Shown piece after piece: positions 34,287 through 46,213 of a DNA stretch of 64,000 nucleotides. The stretch covers positions 447,742-511,741 of the forward strand of contig RHPI01002568.1 of NCBI GenBank assembly GCA_009103225.1, read 5' to 3'. Position 1 is the first letter of the stretch. The number at the start of each line of letters is the position of its first letter. Source of the stretch: Chlorokybus atmophyticus (Eukaryota > Plantae > Mesostigma and Chlorokybus algae). The position numbers and the translations under genes are program-made. The notes below the pieces were generated by a model. That model made no database searches. It was given only the letters and a program-made list of their open reading frames with translations, and had not been told where the DNA came from.

Positions 34287-35951
34287 TGTTGAGTACTAGG
34301 ATGCATGTATGCGCCCTACCTTAGACACGCGCTCAGACCAAGGGAACACTAAGTGTAACATATAAGCAAAGAAGTATATTCGTACCGCAGTTTCCGCCTA
34401 TATGCGCCACAAACAGAGACTTATATACTAAGCTAGTTAAGATTAGGAAGAACTAGTCAATGTCAACGTTAGTCAACAGTCAAAGTTAATATTGGTCAAC
34501 ACTATTCAACATTTAAAGTCAAAGTTGACCAAAGCTGTCACAACTCCCATATTTTCCACAACTTCTGTTGACTGCAACTCCCATAGCGTAACCGCTGCAT
34601 ATAGTTTAAGTAACATCAACAAGTTGACTGTACTATAAGCATACTATACTAGCAAACCTCATATGCTTAGCCTTCAAAACTTTCACATAGGTAGATTACT
34701 CCATGCACCTGCATATCAACATGCACAAGCTCCCACGCTTTCATTGTCTTGTAGGTTAACCTGAAATTTCTGCCCCACCACATGATGCTAGCATCAACCT
34801 CAAGCTGCTCGCTCCCAATGCTTGTCATCATCTCTGCAAACTGCTCGCTTGCAAATAGTGTACCTCGAGCACAATTATGGAATGCTCCATGCCATGCTTG
34901 CAGAGTATAACCCCCACGCTTCTTGCGCTCAACTACTCCTCTCCTAGCCATGTTTAAGCGTCACGCTTGAACACCATGCGGCTAAATCAGCAGCTCCCAC
35001 GCGCTCCTCACACGCCCTGCATATACTTCACGCACTGCAACACTCCAAGCTAGAATACACCAGCTCCCGCATACGAAGAACGCCTCCTCCACCAAATATT
35101 GCTCGCACTCGGCACCAAGCTAAATTCACCCAGCTTCCATCAAAACCAGGAGATTGCCACCATCTCTTTATTCTTCTCTCCAACCTACACCATAGCCCTA
35201 GAATGCAATTCTCTCACCCTTCTTACAATTGGTGCTCCCGGAGGTGGATGTCTTCTCTTGAGGACATTGATGCTTGAAGTGACCACACTCGCCACAGTGC
35301 CAACACTCCTTTCCATCACCATAAGTGCCTTTCTTTCCTTCTTTCGGCCATGTTGCCTCCCTCCCCACGGGCACTTCCTCCTTGGGGTCCACATACTTCT
35401 ACATGTCCTTGTGTACAAGCAACAACACCATCTTGATACTCCATATACTGTAGTTGTCCATGTCCAATGGCTTGATGATCACCTTGCTGTTGACCATACC
35501 CCCGATTGAGTTGCCCCTCCATTAAACGCAGAAACTTGCAACCAACTCCCCTACCAGCAACCACAACTTCACACGCTCTCATGTGTATGTGTGGGCCCAT
35601 ATTTTGTTAAAACCTAGTGTGCATGTATGCGCCCTCATACATGCGCTCACACTAAGGGAACATCGCATGTAATATATGAGCATGTCAATGCCAAAGAAAA
35701 ATGTATTGCGGTTCCCACCTGTATGCACCACATATAGTGACTTATATACTAAACTAATCAACACCAGAAGGAAAGTCAAAGTCAACTCTAGTCAACACTA
35801 GCTAACGGTTAAAGTCAAGACTAGTCAACATTAGTCAACGGTCAAAATTGATCATAACTGTCGTATCTTCTATAATTCCCATAACTCCTATTGATAGTAC
35901 CTCCCATAGCGTTTTCGCCGCACGTGGTCTAAGTAATATTGACAAGCTGAC
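34287..35951 (-). mobile_element. Copia family-B deletion derivative with a truncated 5' LTR
   Basis: 3' LTR at 34287-~34680, gag N-terminus and knuckle (CWHCGECGHFKHQC), PBS at ~35590-35603, 5' LTR at 35605-35951. Confidence 0.85.
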
Positions 35952-38900
35952 ACCTTCTGAATGGGCATTTACCAACCACAGGGGTGTGCATAAGTTTGCG
36001 CACCCTTGTGGTTGGTGAATTCACTACGGCTGCCATCGCTAACCTAGTGCATAGTGAGGCCGCCCAAGCATGCGTAACACCCCCCTTCGTGGTGAGCCCA
36101 CTTAGCGTGGTCAATGTTGGCCGCAAGCTGCGCCTCATCATGAACTTGCGCTATGTCAACTCCTACTTAGTAAGCACGCCATTTGCCATTTGGGTTGAGC
36201 ACGGCGTGCTTTGTGTTCACAAAAGTAATGAAGCAATTGGCGCCCCATTGGTGTGTGCAGGGCGTATATTGCCATGAATTAACTTCCTGTTTACTGCTCG
36301 CTCCAAGGCTGAGCATGCCTCCACCGTGTCCGTGGTGCAAGAAAATGCAGCATGGTGTGGGCTGGTGATCAACACCAAGGCATAGTTGGTGCTCAGCAGA
36401 GTCATTATCTTCCTTGGCTTTGTGTGGGATACACACGCTGGCACTGTTCGTGTTCCCGGCAAGAAGCGCAATGGTTTGCTCAAAGACTTGCAGCGCGCAT
36501 TCGGTGATAGGCGCCATGTGCCAATGAAGTTGCTGGCCCGGGTTGGTGGCAACTTACAATCCATGTTCATGGTGTTGAGCCCTGCCGTCAAACTTATGAC
36601 TTGGCATACATGTCGCTTAGTTGAGACGCGTCGCTTCAAGAGTTCACATATGGTGCTGCGCAAGGCGGAAATTGATGAGCTCATGTGGCTGCGGGACCAC
36701 TTTGTGGAGCACGATGTGGCGCCCATATGGCCTATAGTACAGCCAATAATTGTGCATTCTGTGGACGCTAGCGGCACTGGTTGGGGACTAGTGCGCCATG
36801 ACACGGCTACCATGGTAGCAAAAGGCACATTTACACATGAAGAGTGCCCAACTACATTAACATACCATGAGCTTTTAGGCCATGAGCGAGCACTGCTCAC
36901 TGTAGAGGCAGAGCTGTATGGGCGGACTGTGCTTTGCAATGTTAATGCCCGCATTGTGTACTACATCATGCGCAAAGGGGGCAATGAGGTTGCACACTTG
37001 CAGCAAGTGGCATTTCGCAACTTTTTACATTGCCACCGCTATTGTATCCGCTTACATGTGGAGTGGTTGCTGCGCGAGCACAATGAGGAGGCAGACGCGT
37101 TCGTCAAGGCATCAGAATGAAATGGTTGGAATCCGAAAACACCTGAGTCCGCTTGCTCGCCCGCAAGAGGGGCCCCTTCGATGTGGACCGCTTTGCCTCG
37201 GATGCCAACACTGTGTGTGTGGCCTTAAACTCAGTGTTGCCATGTCCGGGCTCATTAGGCAACGCCTTTTACTTCGGCTTGGGTGGTTGCAACAGCTGGT
37301 GCCATTCCCCACCACACCATGTGGGCACTGCACCATGCCTGCAAATGCAAGGCCCGCATGTGCCTCATTGTGCCCGAGTGGACAACCCAGACTTGGTGGC
37401 CCATTCTTAGCCCGGGAGGAGTGTGGGCACCATTTGTTACTGATGTTGTGTGCCTGCTTAACAGCCCAGCCTACTTGTGGCCTAGCCCACAAGTTACGAC
37501 ACTTCAAGCGCGCTTGCCAAATAGTCGCATGTGGGCATTGCGAATTAACTTGCATCTTGGCCATTGATGAATGCTGTGTGCAACTGCTGTTGAGCGTAGC
37601 CTACTGCCGCTGATACTCAATGTCCCCAAAGACTATGTGAATGAGCGCCTGCGCACTCTATACCCGGCAGTAGCCGCAGCTTCACGAGCTACTAGCACCT
37701 TGCGGGGCCATGAGGGCTACTAGCACTGCTTTGTGAAATTTGCACACCTCATAGTTGCTGCCCTGCTGACGAACCCTGGCACACTGGCCCTATTCCTGAC
37801 CAAGGTAGTGATGGTTTCCATCACCCCGGCACCTGCGAAACATGCATCTTCCGCCATACACACTGCGCATACCGTGGCCGGCCAGGCCTCTCTTAAATGT
37901 TATAAGTTGTTGACTACATGTATAGGCGGCGCCTATATGCAGTTGGTACGATCAGCTTAACCTTTATAGTTACGACAACTACAAAAGTTATTGGTTATTA
38001 CCGCAGTTATGGTCAACAATGAACAACATGGACTTTGACCATTCACTAGTGTTGACTAGTATTAACTTTGACCAGAGGTGACTTGAGTTGACTAGTGCTT
38101 GGTAGTATAGTATATGAGACACTATATACTGCTTAATACAATGGGTCGCATATTGTCTTTATAGTTGGCGTGCTTGCTGCACTTGTCCTTAATGTGTGCA
38201 CACTTGTATGTAATAGGCAAGCACATTAGGCGCATCACTAGTTCTCAACACTCTCCCACATCGCATGCCCTTGTTGCGGTGGTGCGTGAGGCCGCTGCCA
38301 GGCTGCTACCATTGAACACGCAGAAAAAGAAGAAAGCCTACACGTCTAAGCTCTTGCGAGCTATTGTCTCACAATTTGCTCGCAATGGGTGGGACTTGGT
38401 GGCTGGACTGCAGACAATGGCCGTCCCGCTGAGGATGGCGGGTATGATGCGATATGCCGACCTGGCAAAAGTCGATGCGCAGGATAAATCTGTCAACCGA
38501 GTCATATGAGTTCTGTCATCTCGCGCAGTAAAACCGACCAATGTGATGTGGGCGCGACAATGCACATAACTGCTGCCGGGGGTGATTCGTGCCCTTTAAT
38601 GCACACCAAAAAGTTGTTATCAGGTTCGGGCTACAAGCAAGCCGGGCCCGGCAAGCTGCTGCGCTCCATTGAACGGGTGGGGGGAACGTGCATCGTATGC
38701 GACACCGTTTTACCATATAGCACCAATTTTGGTGGAAAAAGGCGGCCATCGAGGCGGCGAGGGAGGACCCCACACATTTTGGCATACACTCCGCCCATTC
38801 GAGTGAAGCAACCCAGACGATGTAGGCTGGTGTGCCCCAGCACGTGCGGCACAAGTTTGGACATTGGAAGCCTTCCATTGTAGCTAAGGGCTATTGCGTG

Positions 38901-39500
38901 TGGCGTTGCCTGAGTTGCACACACACTCACGAGAAGCCTCGTCTTAAGTAGTATGCGCTCATACTGGTTTTATTTATCTATAGGCCCATAGCGACCCGCC
39001 AGCATCAGCTGTAAGTTGCATAGAACTCGTGTGTGAGTTATTTGAGTTCATGAAGCGCATGAGATGCGCGTCCATGAACTCAAGAATTCGTCAGTTTATT
39101 AAAATTATAAGACACTTGTGCCCCTGGTTCCCTAGGCTTGAGGGCAGAAGCACTTATTGGAGTGAGTTGTGACGTATAAGCTTCTTGTCTACTCGCCCGA
39201 AACCCTAGCACGGCGGTGCCATCCTTGGCGTGGGTGGCGAGTGTGTTTGACTTTGCAGGTGTACCGACTTCTCAGGCTTCGACCTCTGCATTAGCAGCCA
39301 TGGCGCTACTGATGAATCGAAGACTTAAAAAGCGCGTAATGTTCGCACCTCATGCGAAGATGTAGTTCCCATAGTTGTAGCCTAGCACCCCTAGTGCGGA
39401 CTTGTGTATAGATAAGCCTGTATCTATACACTTGTACCCAGGTATGTAATGCACTTGGGTGCTAGGCGTAATCAGCGTGTTATTAACCCATAGCAACGCA
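35952..39500 (+). mobile_element. Decayed PAT-like DIRS element (RT-RH-MT-YR and 3' split repeats), 5'-truncated
   Basis: VVSPLSVV..KLRLIMNLRYVN, MPFGLSTA, FLGF, DASGTGWG, DVDRFAS..LIVPEW..WWP, recombinase remnant at 37600-38880, and B-A-spacer at ~38985-39490. Confidence 0.88.
37893..38250 (+). mobile_element. Solo LTR, family A, in the DIRS recombinase gene
   Basis: TSD CTCTC at 37888-37892 and 38251-38255; the terminal TG is missing. Confidence 0.85.
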
Positions 39501-40717
39501 CACATGCATGCAATCTCAAATTAACTTTGTCAATTGTAACGTGGATTGCCTAAGATTACATCCATAAGGAACCAGTGGACGTACTCTAACCAAAGTCCGA
39601 AGCTCAGTCTGAAGCCGCCCCCTCCTAGACAAAGCCGCCGACGTCCCCAGCAACTGCAGGTAAACCCCTCCAACCGGTCCTGTGCTTTTAAGCCCCATCA
39701 CCACATCATCGACCCAATTTGCTCTACACCATTTATGAGTAGCAGCTTTATACATTCCAGCCGTCCGCCCGAAGCGTGGGGTTGGGTACTTTACTGTTGG
39801 ACAAGCGTATGCAAACCTTTTCCCCTCGCCCCACATCTTTGCTGATGCTAGCTCCAGCTCCATTACCACCTCCAACTATATCGGTCGCATCCCTCGTGGC
39901 AATACCGAGCGCTACGATATCACCAAGTAACAAAACAACTTAAAAAGCTGTGTTACATGTCATAGCTTGTTGAAAGTACATGTATAGGCGCCTACATGTA
40001 GTTGATACGATCAGCTTAAATTACGGTAGTTACAAGAGTTACGGGAGTTACGGCAGTTATGGTCAACCATGATTATACTTTGACTTTGACCATTGACTTT
40101 GACCGTTGACTAGTATTGACTAGTGATGACTTTGACTAGAGTTGACCAGAGTTGACTAGTGCTTAGTAGCATAGTATATAAACTCACACACGAATTATAT
40201 GCGACACACACAGCTCATGCTGGGGGGTCGCAAGGGTCGATAGCACGGTAGCTACGCCCAGCACACAAGTGCATTACAATACAAATGTACAAGTGTACAG
40301 ATACAGGCTGATCTATACACAAGGTCTGCACTAAAGTGCTAGGCTACAACTATGAGAACTACTGCTTTTTCACGTCATGTGCGAATGTCACGCGCTTCTT
40401 CGATCTTCGACTTGTTGAGGGCGTCATCGCTGCCGATGCCGAGGTCGAAGCTTGAGAAGCCTGTACACCTGCAAAGTATACCACACTCGCCACCCACGCC
40501 AAGGATGGCGCCGCCGTGCTAGGGTTTCAAGCGACTAGATAAGGAGCTTGTGGCTCACACTCACGCCTAGTGAGTGCTTGTGCCCCCTAGTGCCCGAGGC
40601 ACTAGGGGCACAAGAGTCTCATAACTCATTAACGAGTTCTTGAGTTCATGGGCGCGCATTTCATGCGCTTCATGAATCCATATAACTCACACACGAGTTA
40701 TATGCGACACACACAGC

Positions 40718-41749
40718 TCATGCTGGGGGGTCGCAAGGGTCGATAGACGGATCAAAATAGCGAAAGTGCGTACCATTCAAGCCGAGGCTTCGCGTTAGTG
40801 AGTGCAACTCCGGTAACGCCGTGCGCACATAGCCCTCAGCTGCATTGGATGACTTCCATCGGCCGAATTGCTGCCACACGTGCTGGGGCACCCCTGCTTG
40901 CACCGCTTGCGTTGCACCTCCCGAACGGCCAGAGTGGGTGCCAAAGCGCGCTGGATCCTCACCCGCGGCCAACACAGCCGCTTTCACCCAACCCAAGACG
41001 GTGCCATAGGGCACAACTTTTACGTTGATGATGCACGACCCACCCACCCGTTTGATGGAGCGCAGCAAGTTGCCGGGGCCAGCCTGTTTGTAGCCCGAGC
41101 CAAACAACAACTTCTCCGTGTGCATCACAGGACACAAGTTCCCCCCAACTGCAGCAATGTGCACGGTTGCACCCGCACCATGCTGGTCCGTCTTGCTGCG
41201 TGGGATCACAAGGTCCATGCGGTCTGAACGGAAGATAATGTCTTGCCAGAGGATAGCCGCAAGGTCGGAATACCGCAGCATCCCCGCATATAGCAAGAGC
41301 ACAGCCACGGTTTGCAGCCGCGCCACCAAGTCCCACCCGTTGCGGGCAAAGTGCGAGATCATGCGCTCGAACAGGGCCGGGGTGAAGGGTTCCTTCTTGC
41401 GAGTGCCAGCGGTGAGCAGCCTTGCTGCGGCCTCACGCATCACTGCCACAAGTGCATGCGCAGTGGGAGAGGTTTGTCCCGTCATGGCATGCATGGCATG
41501 TATGGCCGCTGAGGCATGTCTCACAGGTGCCGGGGTAGTGGCCTCCACCAACACCTTGGTTAAGAACAGGGCGACCGTGCCTGGGTCTGCCGGGAGAGTT
41601 GTCCAACCACGAGGCGTGCAGAACTCGACAAAGCGACACCAGTAGGGCTCGTGGCCCCGCAGAGTGCTATCCGCACGAGAGGCTGCTGCCACCGTTGGGT
41701 ATAGGCTGCGCAAGCGTGCAATCTCGAAGTCCCCAGGTACGTCGGGCAT
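40718..41749 (-). CDS. Tyrosine recombinase of DIRS D1 (343 aa, open)
   Basis: Catalytic motifs LR..DL, SKTDQ, THSGRSGG, GRWKS and Y (EGYVR). Confidence 0.93.
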   Translation of the reverse strand: MPDVPGDFEIARLRSLYPTVAAASRADSTLRGHEPYWCRFVEFCTPRGWTTLPADPGTVALFLTKVLVEATTPAPVRHASAAIHAMHAMTGQTSPTAHALVAVMREAAARLLTAGTRKKEPFTPALFERMISHFARNGWDLVARLQTVAVLLLYAGMLRYSDLAAILWQDIIFRSDRMDLVIPRSKTDQHGAGATVHIAAVGGNLCPVMHTEKLLFGSGYKQAGPGNLLRSIKRVGGSCIINVKVVPYGTVLGWVKAAVLAAGEDPARFGTHSGRSGGATQAVQAGVPQHVWQQFGRWKSSNAAEGYVRTALPELHSLTRSLGLNGTHFRYFDPSIDPCDPPA

Positions 41750-41944
41750 GAGTGCCTGCAGGCTACGCTCGATAGCAGCTGCACATACTGTATGTCAGTG
41801 GCTAGGACAAAAGTCGACTCGCAAAGCCCACATGCGACTGTTGGGCAGGCCCCCTTGCAGCTCAGTGACTTGTGGGCCTGGCCATAAGCAAGCCGGGCCA
41901 TTGGGTAAGGCCACCACGTCGGTGACAAAAGGCGCCCACACGCC

Positions 41945-42568
41945 ACATCTCTGGTATTCCCTCTCGATACTCTTTCACAGGATGGGCGGGAGTTTTTCTC
42001 TCTCTCCCTCGTCCGCCCTGTTTGATCAGTGCGGGGAGGTCTTCATTCACTCTCTCCGCCCAGTGTGGGTGGCTTGATGCCCGCTTGTACCATGAAGGCT
42101 TTGGGCTTACCGCAGTTTCATTAGCTACTCGGATGTCGTACCTAGCCGCACGGCCCTACTCTCTTCCTTTGCACACTTTCTCCTTGCTCACGCCAAGGAA
42201 GAGTGGTTGGCAGTCCTCTCAGCTCCGCTACTAGATGGCAACAGAGCTGCCGCCTTCTCTCTCTCCCAGTCCTCTTGGGGTGCGGGGTCTCAGCTCTGCA
42301 TTTGCAACCAAGGCCTCCCATCCCCGGCTGTTGTCTGGCGCTCTGCCCCTTCACTTTTCTCTCGACCCTGATTTCCACTCTTTTCTCTCATATTTTCTTC
42401 CCCTCCATTCTGTGTGTTATGTGTGTGTGTGTTTCGAGCTTCTTTCCTACCTGCTTCTTTGTCTCCTTTTCCTGCTACTCTCCCTTACCTAGTTGGTTCG
42501 TGCTCGTTTGCTTTTACTTTGGTTAGCTAGTTCTATCCTAGCCCTAGTTGTACTAGCAAACTTTTAAA
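41945..42568 (+). mobile_element. 3' end of an L1/Tx1-like LINE inside DIRS D1
   Basis: Matches 60268-60889, the 3' end of the longer LINE. The 3' boundary is approximate. Confidence 0.8.
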
Positions 42569-42942
42569 CATGTTTCTTGGTAATGCCACACTTCATATTG
42601 CGTATAACAAAAAACATAAACACAAGTTGTGCACTCAAAAGTGTTCAAATCTACCAAAGTGCTGACCATGAAGTATTAAGCTCAAGCAAGAGCTCTCCAC
42701 ACACCTCTCAACTAGACACTTGCTTCCCATTTAGGGGTGTTCTGAGACCACAAAACAAAGTTACAAGCAAAATGGTGATTTCGCCAAGTTTAAACCACCA
42801 AACTTCCACTTTCATTCACCACGCTCGCAGTTTCATTCACTAATATAGCAGTCGCGAACACAAAAAGGTGCCCCACCGGGCTACAGCATCAACGAGTGCA
42901 AGTGTACAGCTACGGGGCTGTCACATCAGCTACAAAGCTGTT

Positions 42943-44461
42943 CTACCGGCCCCCACGGTCAGTGGAGGCCTTACGGCAATAGGCACGCAGGTGCCCAGGC
43001 TCCCCACAGTTGTAACAGGTGCGGGTGTCACGCTGGCCCCCTGTAGAAGCGGCCTGAGATTGCATGGGAGCGGTCGTGTAGCTGGTGTTCCCCGCACCAG
43101 ATGCGTAGGACCCAGAGTAGCGAGGGGGGTACTGGCCCCACCCCTTGTTAGGAGTGTAGGCAGGCTTTGCCTTGGGCTTGGGCTGCGCCGCAGCCGCCTC
43201 CTTGATTGCCTTCTTAAGGCGCTTTGCCTCGGCGTCATCCGCGGCCAGAGGATGTCCCTCGAGCTCCTCCACCACTTTCCAGTTGTGTTTGTTGGCTACT
43301 TCTAAGTAGTGAAACTGTTTGAATACCTCCTCAAACGCTGCGCACAAAGCACATGTAAGCAACACGAGTTGCATCAGCACACTGGCTCAAAGCCATAGGG
43401 TCCAGCGCCAAGCGCACCCACATCCCACCCTCAACTTTACCTACCACATGCCCTGCGGATGCGGATGCATATGATGTGCCCTGTTGTGCTTGTTACCTTG
43501 CTGTGAGGTAGTCATAATGTGAATACAGGGGTGAGCATGCAAAGGTGTTAAGTGCGGGCCCTCCCCCCCCGCCGGACATGGGGGGAGGAGGGATGCGGAA
43601 CAAATGCATCTCGTGCATCTATGTTGACCAGGGGAAGCGCCTTTATAAGGCCCATAGCGCACGCATGTGCAAGTGGGCCTGGACCGAGTCCGCACCCACA
43701 TGATGATGTTTGTATGGACGCTCGTGCATGACGCTACAAAGAATGAGCCCACCTTTCATGTTCTCCCGGCGACCATGAGCGAAGTGAAGATCGTTGAGAA
43801 AGTGAGCGGGCACACGGTCGAAAGAGCTCGCCGCCGCGCCGATGTGAGCCGCCACATCCACATGTTGCCGAGCCCGCTTCTTCAAGTTCTCCTTCCAAGG
43901 GGTCGCGGGCTCGGTGTAGCGGTTGCACATCGCCGCCACCCGAGCATTAGGAGTGTTGGAGTCGCTCTCGCGGCGAAGGATGCTCACAAGTAGTGGATGG
44001 TTGGGCTCGTCCATGGGCTCATCAAGAGGGATGGCGGGCGCTTTTCCACGCTTGAGGCGGATGTTTTCCGCTTCCAACTCCTCCAACCTCCTCGCCATGG
44101 CCTCCGTGGGTGTGGTGGAGGCGTTGGAAACCGGGCTTGCCGCCCTCTTTCTACGCTTGTAAGTGACCGCGGGCGGGTCGTCGTCGTCATGATCATCCTC
44201 ATCATCACCATTACCATGACCATCACCATCACCATCACCATCACCGTCCTTGTTCACCTCCTCCCCATCCACCACGGGGGGGTGCTTTCTTTTCTCCTCA
44301 CTCTCCGCTCGCCTCTCCTCCTCCTCACTCAAGGTCTGGCGACGCGGACTTCTCGCCTTTGCCAAGCGGTTGGAGGCCATGAGAGCCGCCGCCGCCGAGG
44401 CTTCCACGTCCTCGCCTTGCCCTTGGGCGCTTGCTTGCGCCTGCGTCAACCTCTTGTCCAT
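42943..44461 (-). CDS. gag: DIRS gag-like protein with a CCHC knuckle, probably two exons (44461-43753 and 43337-42943; 367 aa)
   Basis: A GTGGGC donor and a CAG acceptor join in phase 1 (ENMK-A-FEEVF); knuckle CYNCGEPGHLRAYC. Confidence 0.72.
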
Positions 44462-46213
44462 GGTGAAGGTCCCCCTTCCCCCTCACCACCCTCGCCACCC
44501 TCGCCAAGGATGGCGCCGCCGTGCTAGGGTTTCAAGCGACTAGATAAAGCTTGTGGCTCACACTCACGCCTAGTGAGTGCTTGTGCCCCCTAGTGCCCGA
44601 GGCACTAAGGGCACAAGAGTCTCATAACTTATTAACGAGTTCTTGAGTTCATGGGCGCGCATTTCATGCGCTTCATGAACTCATATGACACTGTATACTG
44701 CTTAACACAGTGAATTGCACATTGTCCTTATAGCTGGAATGCTTGCTGCACTTGTCCTTAGTGTGTGCACACTTGTATGTAGGAGGCAAATACACTCACA
44801 CTAGACGCATCACTAGTTCTCAACAGGTTATGGGCCCAAACTCGCTTGTGTGATCGCTTGTGCTAGTGAGAGAAAGTGTTGAGCATAGGCGCCTACTAGT
44901 AGAGTGTTCTTGGGGAGAGGGTGAGTTGTACTATTATGTAGCAAGCAATGGCTGACACAGATAGGATGCCCATTGAGTCCCTTGATCTGCACAACTATGC
45001 TTCATGGTCGCTGAAGATGAGGTTGGTGCTGATCCGCAAGAAGCTCTGGAGTTTTGTCGTCCCTACCTCCTCCACATCATAGCGGCTCAGAACAGGTGAC
45101 GCAAGTACCTGGCGAGAGAACTGACAATTAGCTTTTGCACTGATAGGCTTGCACGTTAAAGACTTTCATCTCCCTCTTATTGCGGATTGCAAGTCTGGAC
45201 GTGAGGCGTGGGAGGTCTTCGACACCCTCTTCAAGGCCAATAGCAACTCGCGCAAGTTGCAGCTGGGACGCAAGCTAACACTTCTGAAAATGGAGCACAA
45301 AAACTTAATCCAGAAGTACATCTTACGTGCAAGGGAGCTTTGGCAAGACCTTGTAGCAGTGGGCCACGATGTGAAGGAAGAGGAGGTGATGTGGGCATTC
45401 TTAGCTGGCTTGGGAAAGAGCTTTGCTACGCTAGTGTCTGTGTTGGAGTCCTCAGATGTGGTTTTGAAGTTTGCTGATGTAGTGCCTAAGCTGCTAGCTG
45501 TGGAAGGCAAGTTGGATGTTCAGGAGATAGAAAATGGTGGAGAACCTATCGCACTTGCTGCCTTATCTTCTCAACACACACGAAGCAGGAGCAAAGCAGG
45601 TGGTGGGAAGCCGTTATGTAACAAAGAGTGTCACTACTACAAGATAAAGGGCCACTTCATTCGCGAGTGCCAGTAGAGGATCCATAATGAGGCAACCAAG
45701 GAGGAGCACGCTACGGTGGCGATTGCTTTCTAGCATTAGTGAGGACCTCAAGGAGTTGCAGTGGATGGTTCGTCCGTCCTCTCCCACTGCAAGGGCGCGT
45801 GAAGGACATGCATAGACGGAGGTCGCAGACACAAAGGTCTGTGAAAGTTACTGCTAGCCTAAGTGTAGTTGCTGGTGTTGAGCTGCATACATTAGAGGTT
45901 GCATTGCTGGAGTTGTTTTTTGGTAGCACACAGGTGTGCGATACTGGTTAAAACACTTCACTTGATTGGCATGCAAGGACTGAGTTGTATAGCTAGCTAA
46001 CAGGAGATGGGAGGGGCGCTTTCCTTGGTAGAAGGGTCTGATCAACCCTTGCACTACCTACACTCTGGTACAACATTGCTAAGGTAGAGTACTCAGTATA
46101 ATTTATAGCATAGTTTGCCGTTGAGGGAGTCCTCGAAACCACCTGAGCAAGGTCAGGCGTGGCGTGGTGGGACCTGATGCGACAACTATAAGGAGGAAAC
46201 AAGGAGTATTGGA

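Larger units (their letters stand above)
40181..44686 (-). mobile_element. PAT/TOC1-type DIRS element D1 with split direct repeats A1..B1-A2-spacer-B2; RT/RH deleted
   Basis: A1 44502-44686 matches A2 40497-40683, and B1 40684-40746 matches B2 40181-40243. It carries gag, the MT C-terminus and YR. Confidence 0.92.
39951..46213 (+). mobile_element. Copia family-A copy A3; 5' LTR split by a DIRS insertion and 3' end lost
   Basis: LTR halves at 39951-40180 and 44687-44825, PBS at 44826, gag remnant 44948-45732. The internal region ends at a junction with a family-B LTR. Confidence 0.9.

Noticed and set aside
39516-39875. 119-aa minus-strand ORF between DIRS D2 and copy A3
   Set aside because: No motif recognised in any frame; left unassigned.
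43643-43760. C-terminal 36 aa of the 272-aa ORF (GGLILCSVM...)
   Set aside because: This is probably read-through into the predicted intron rather than real protein.
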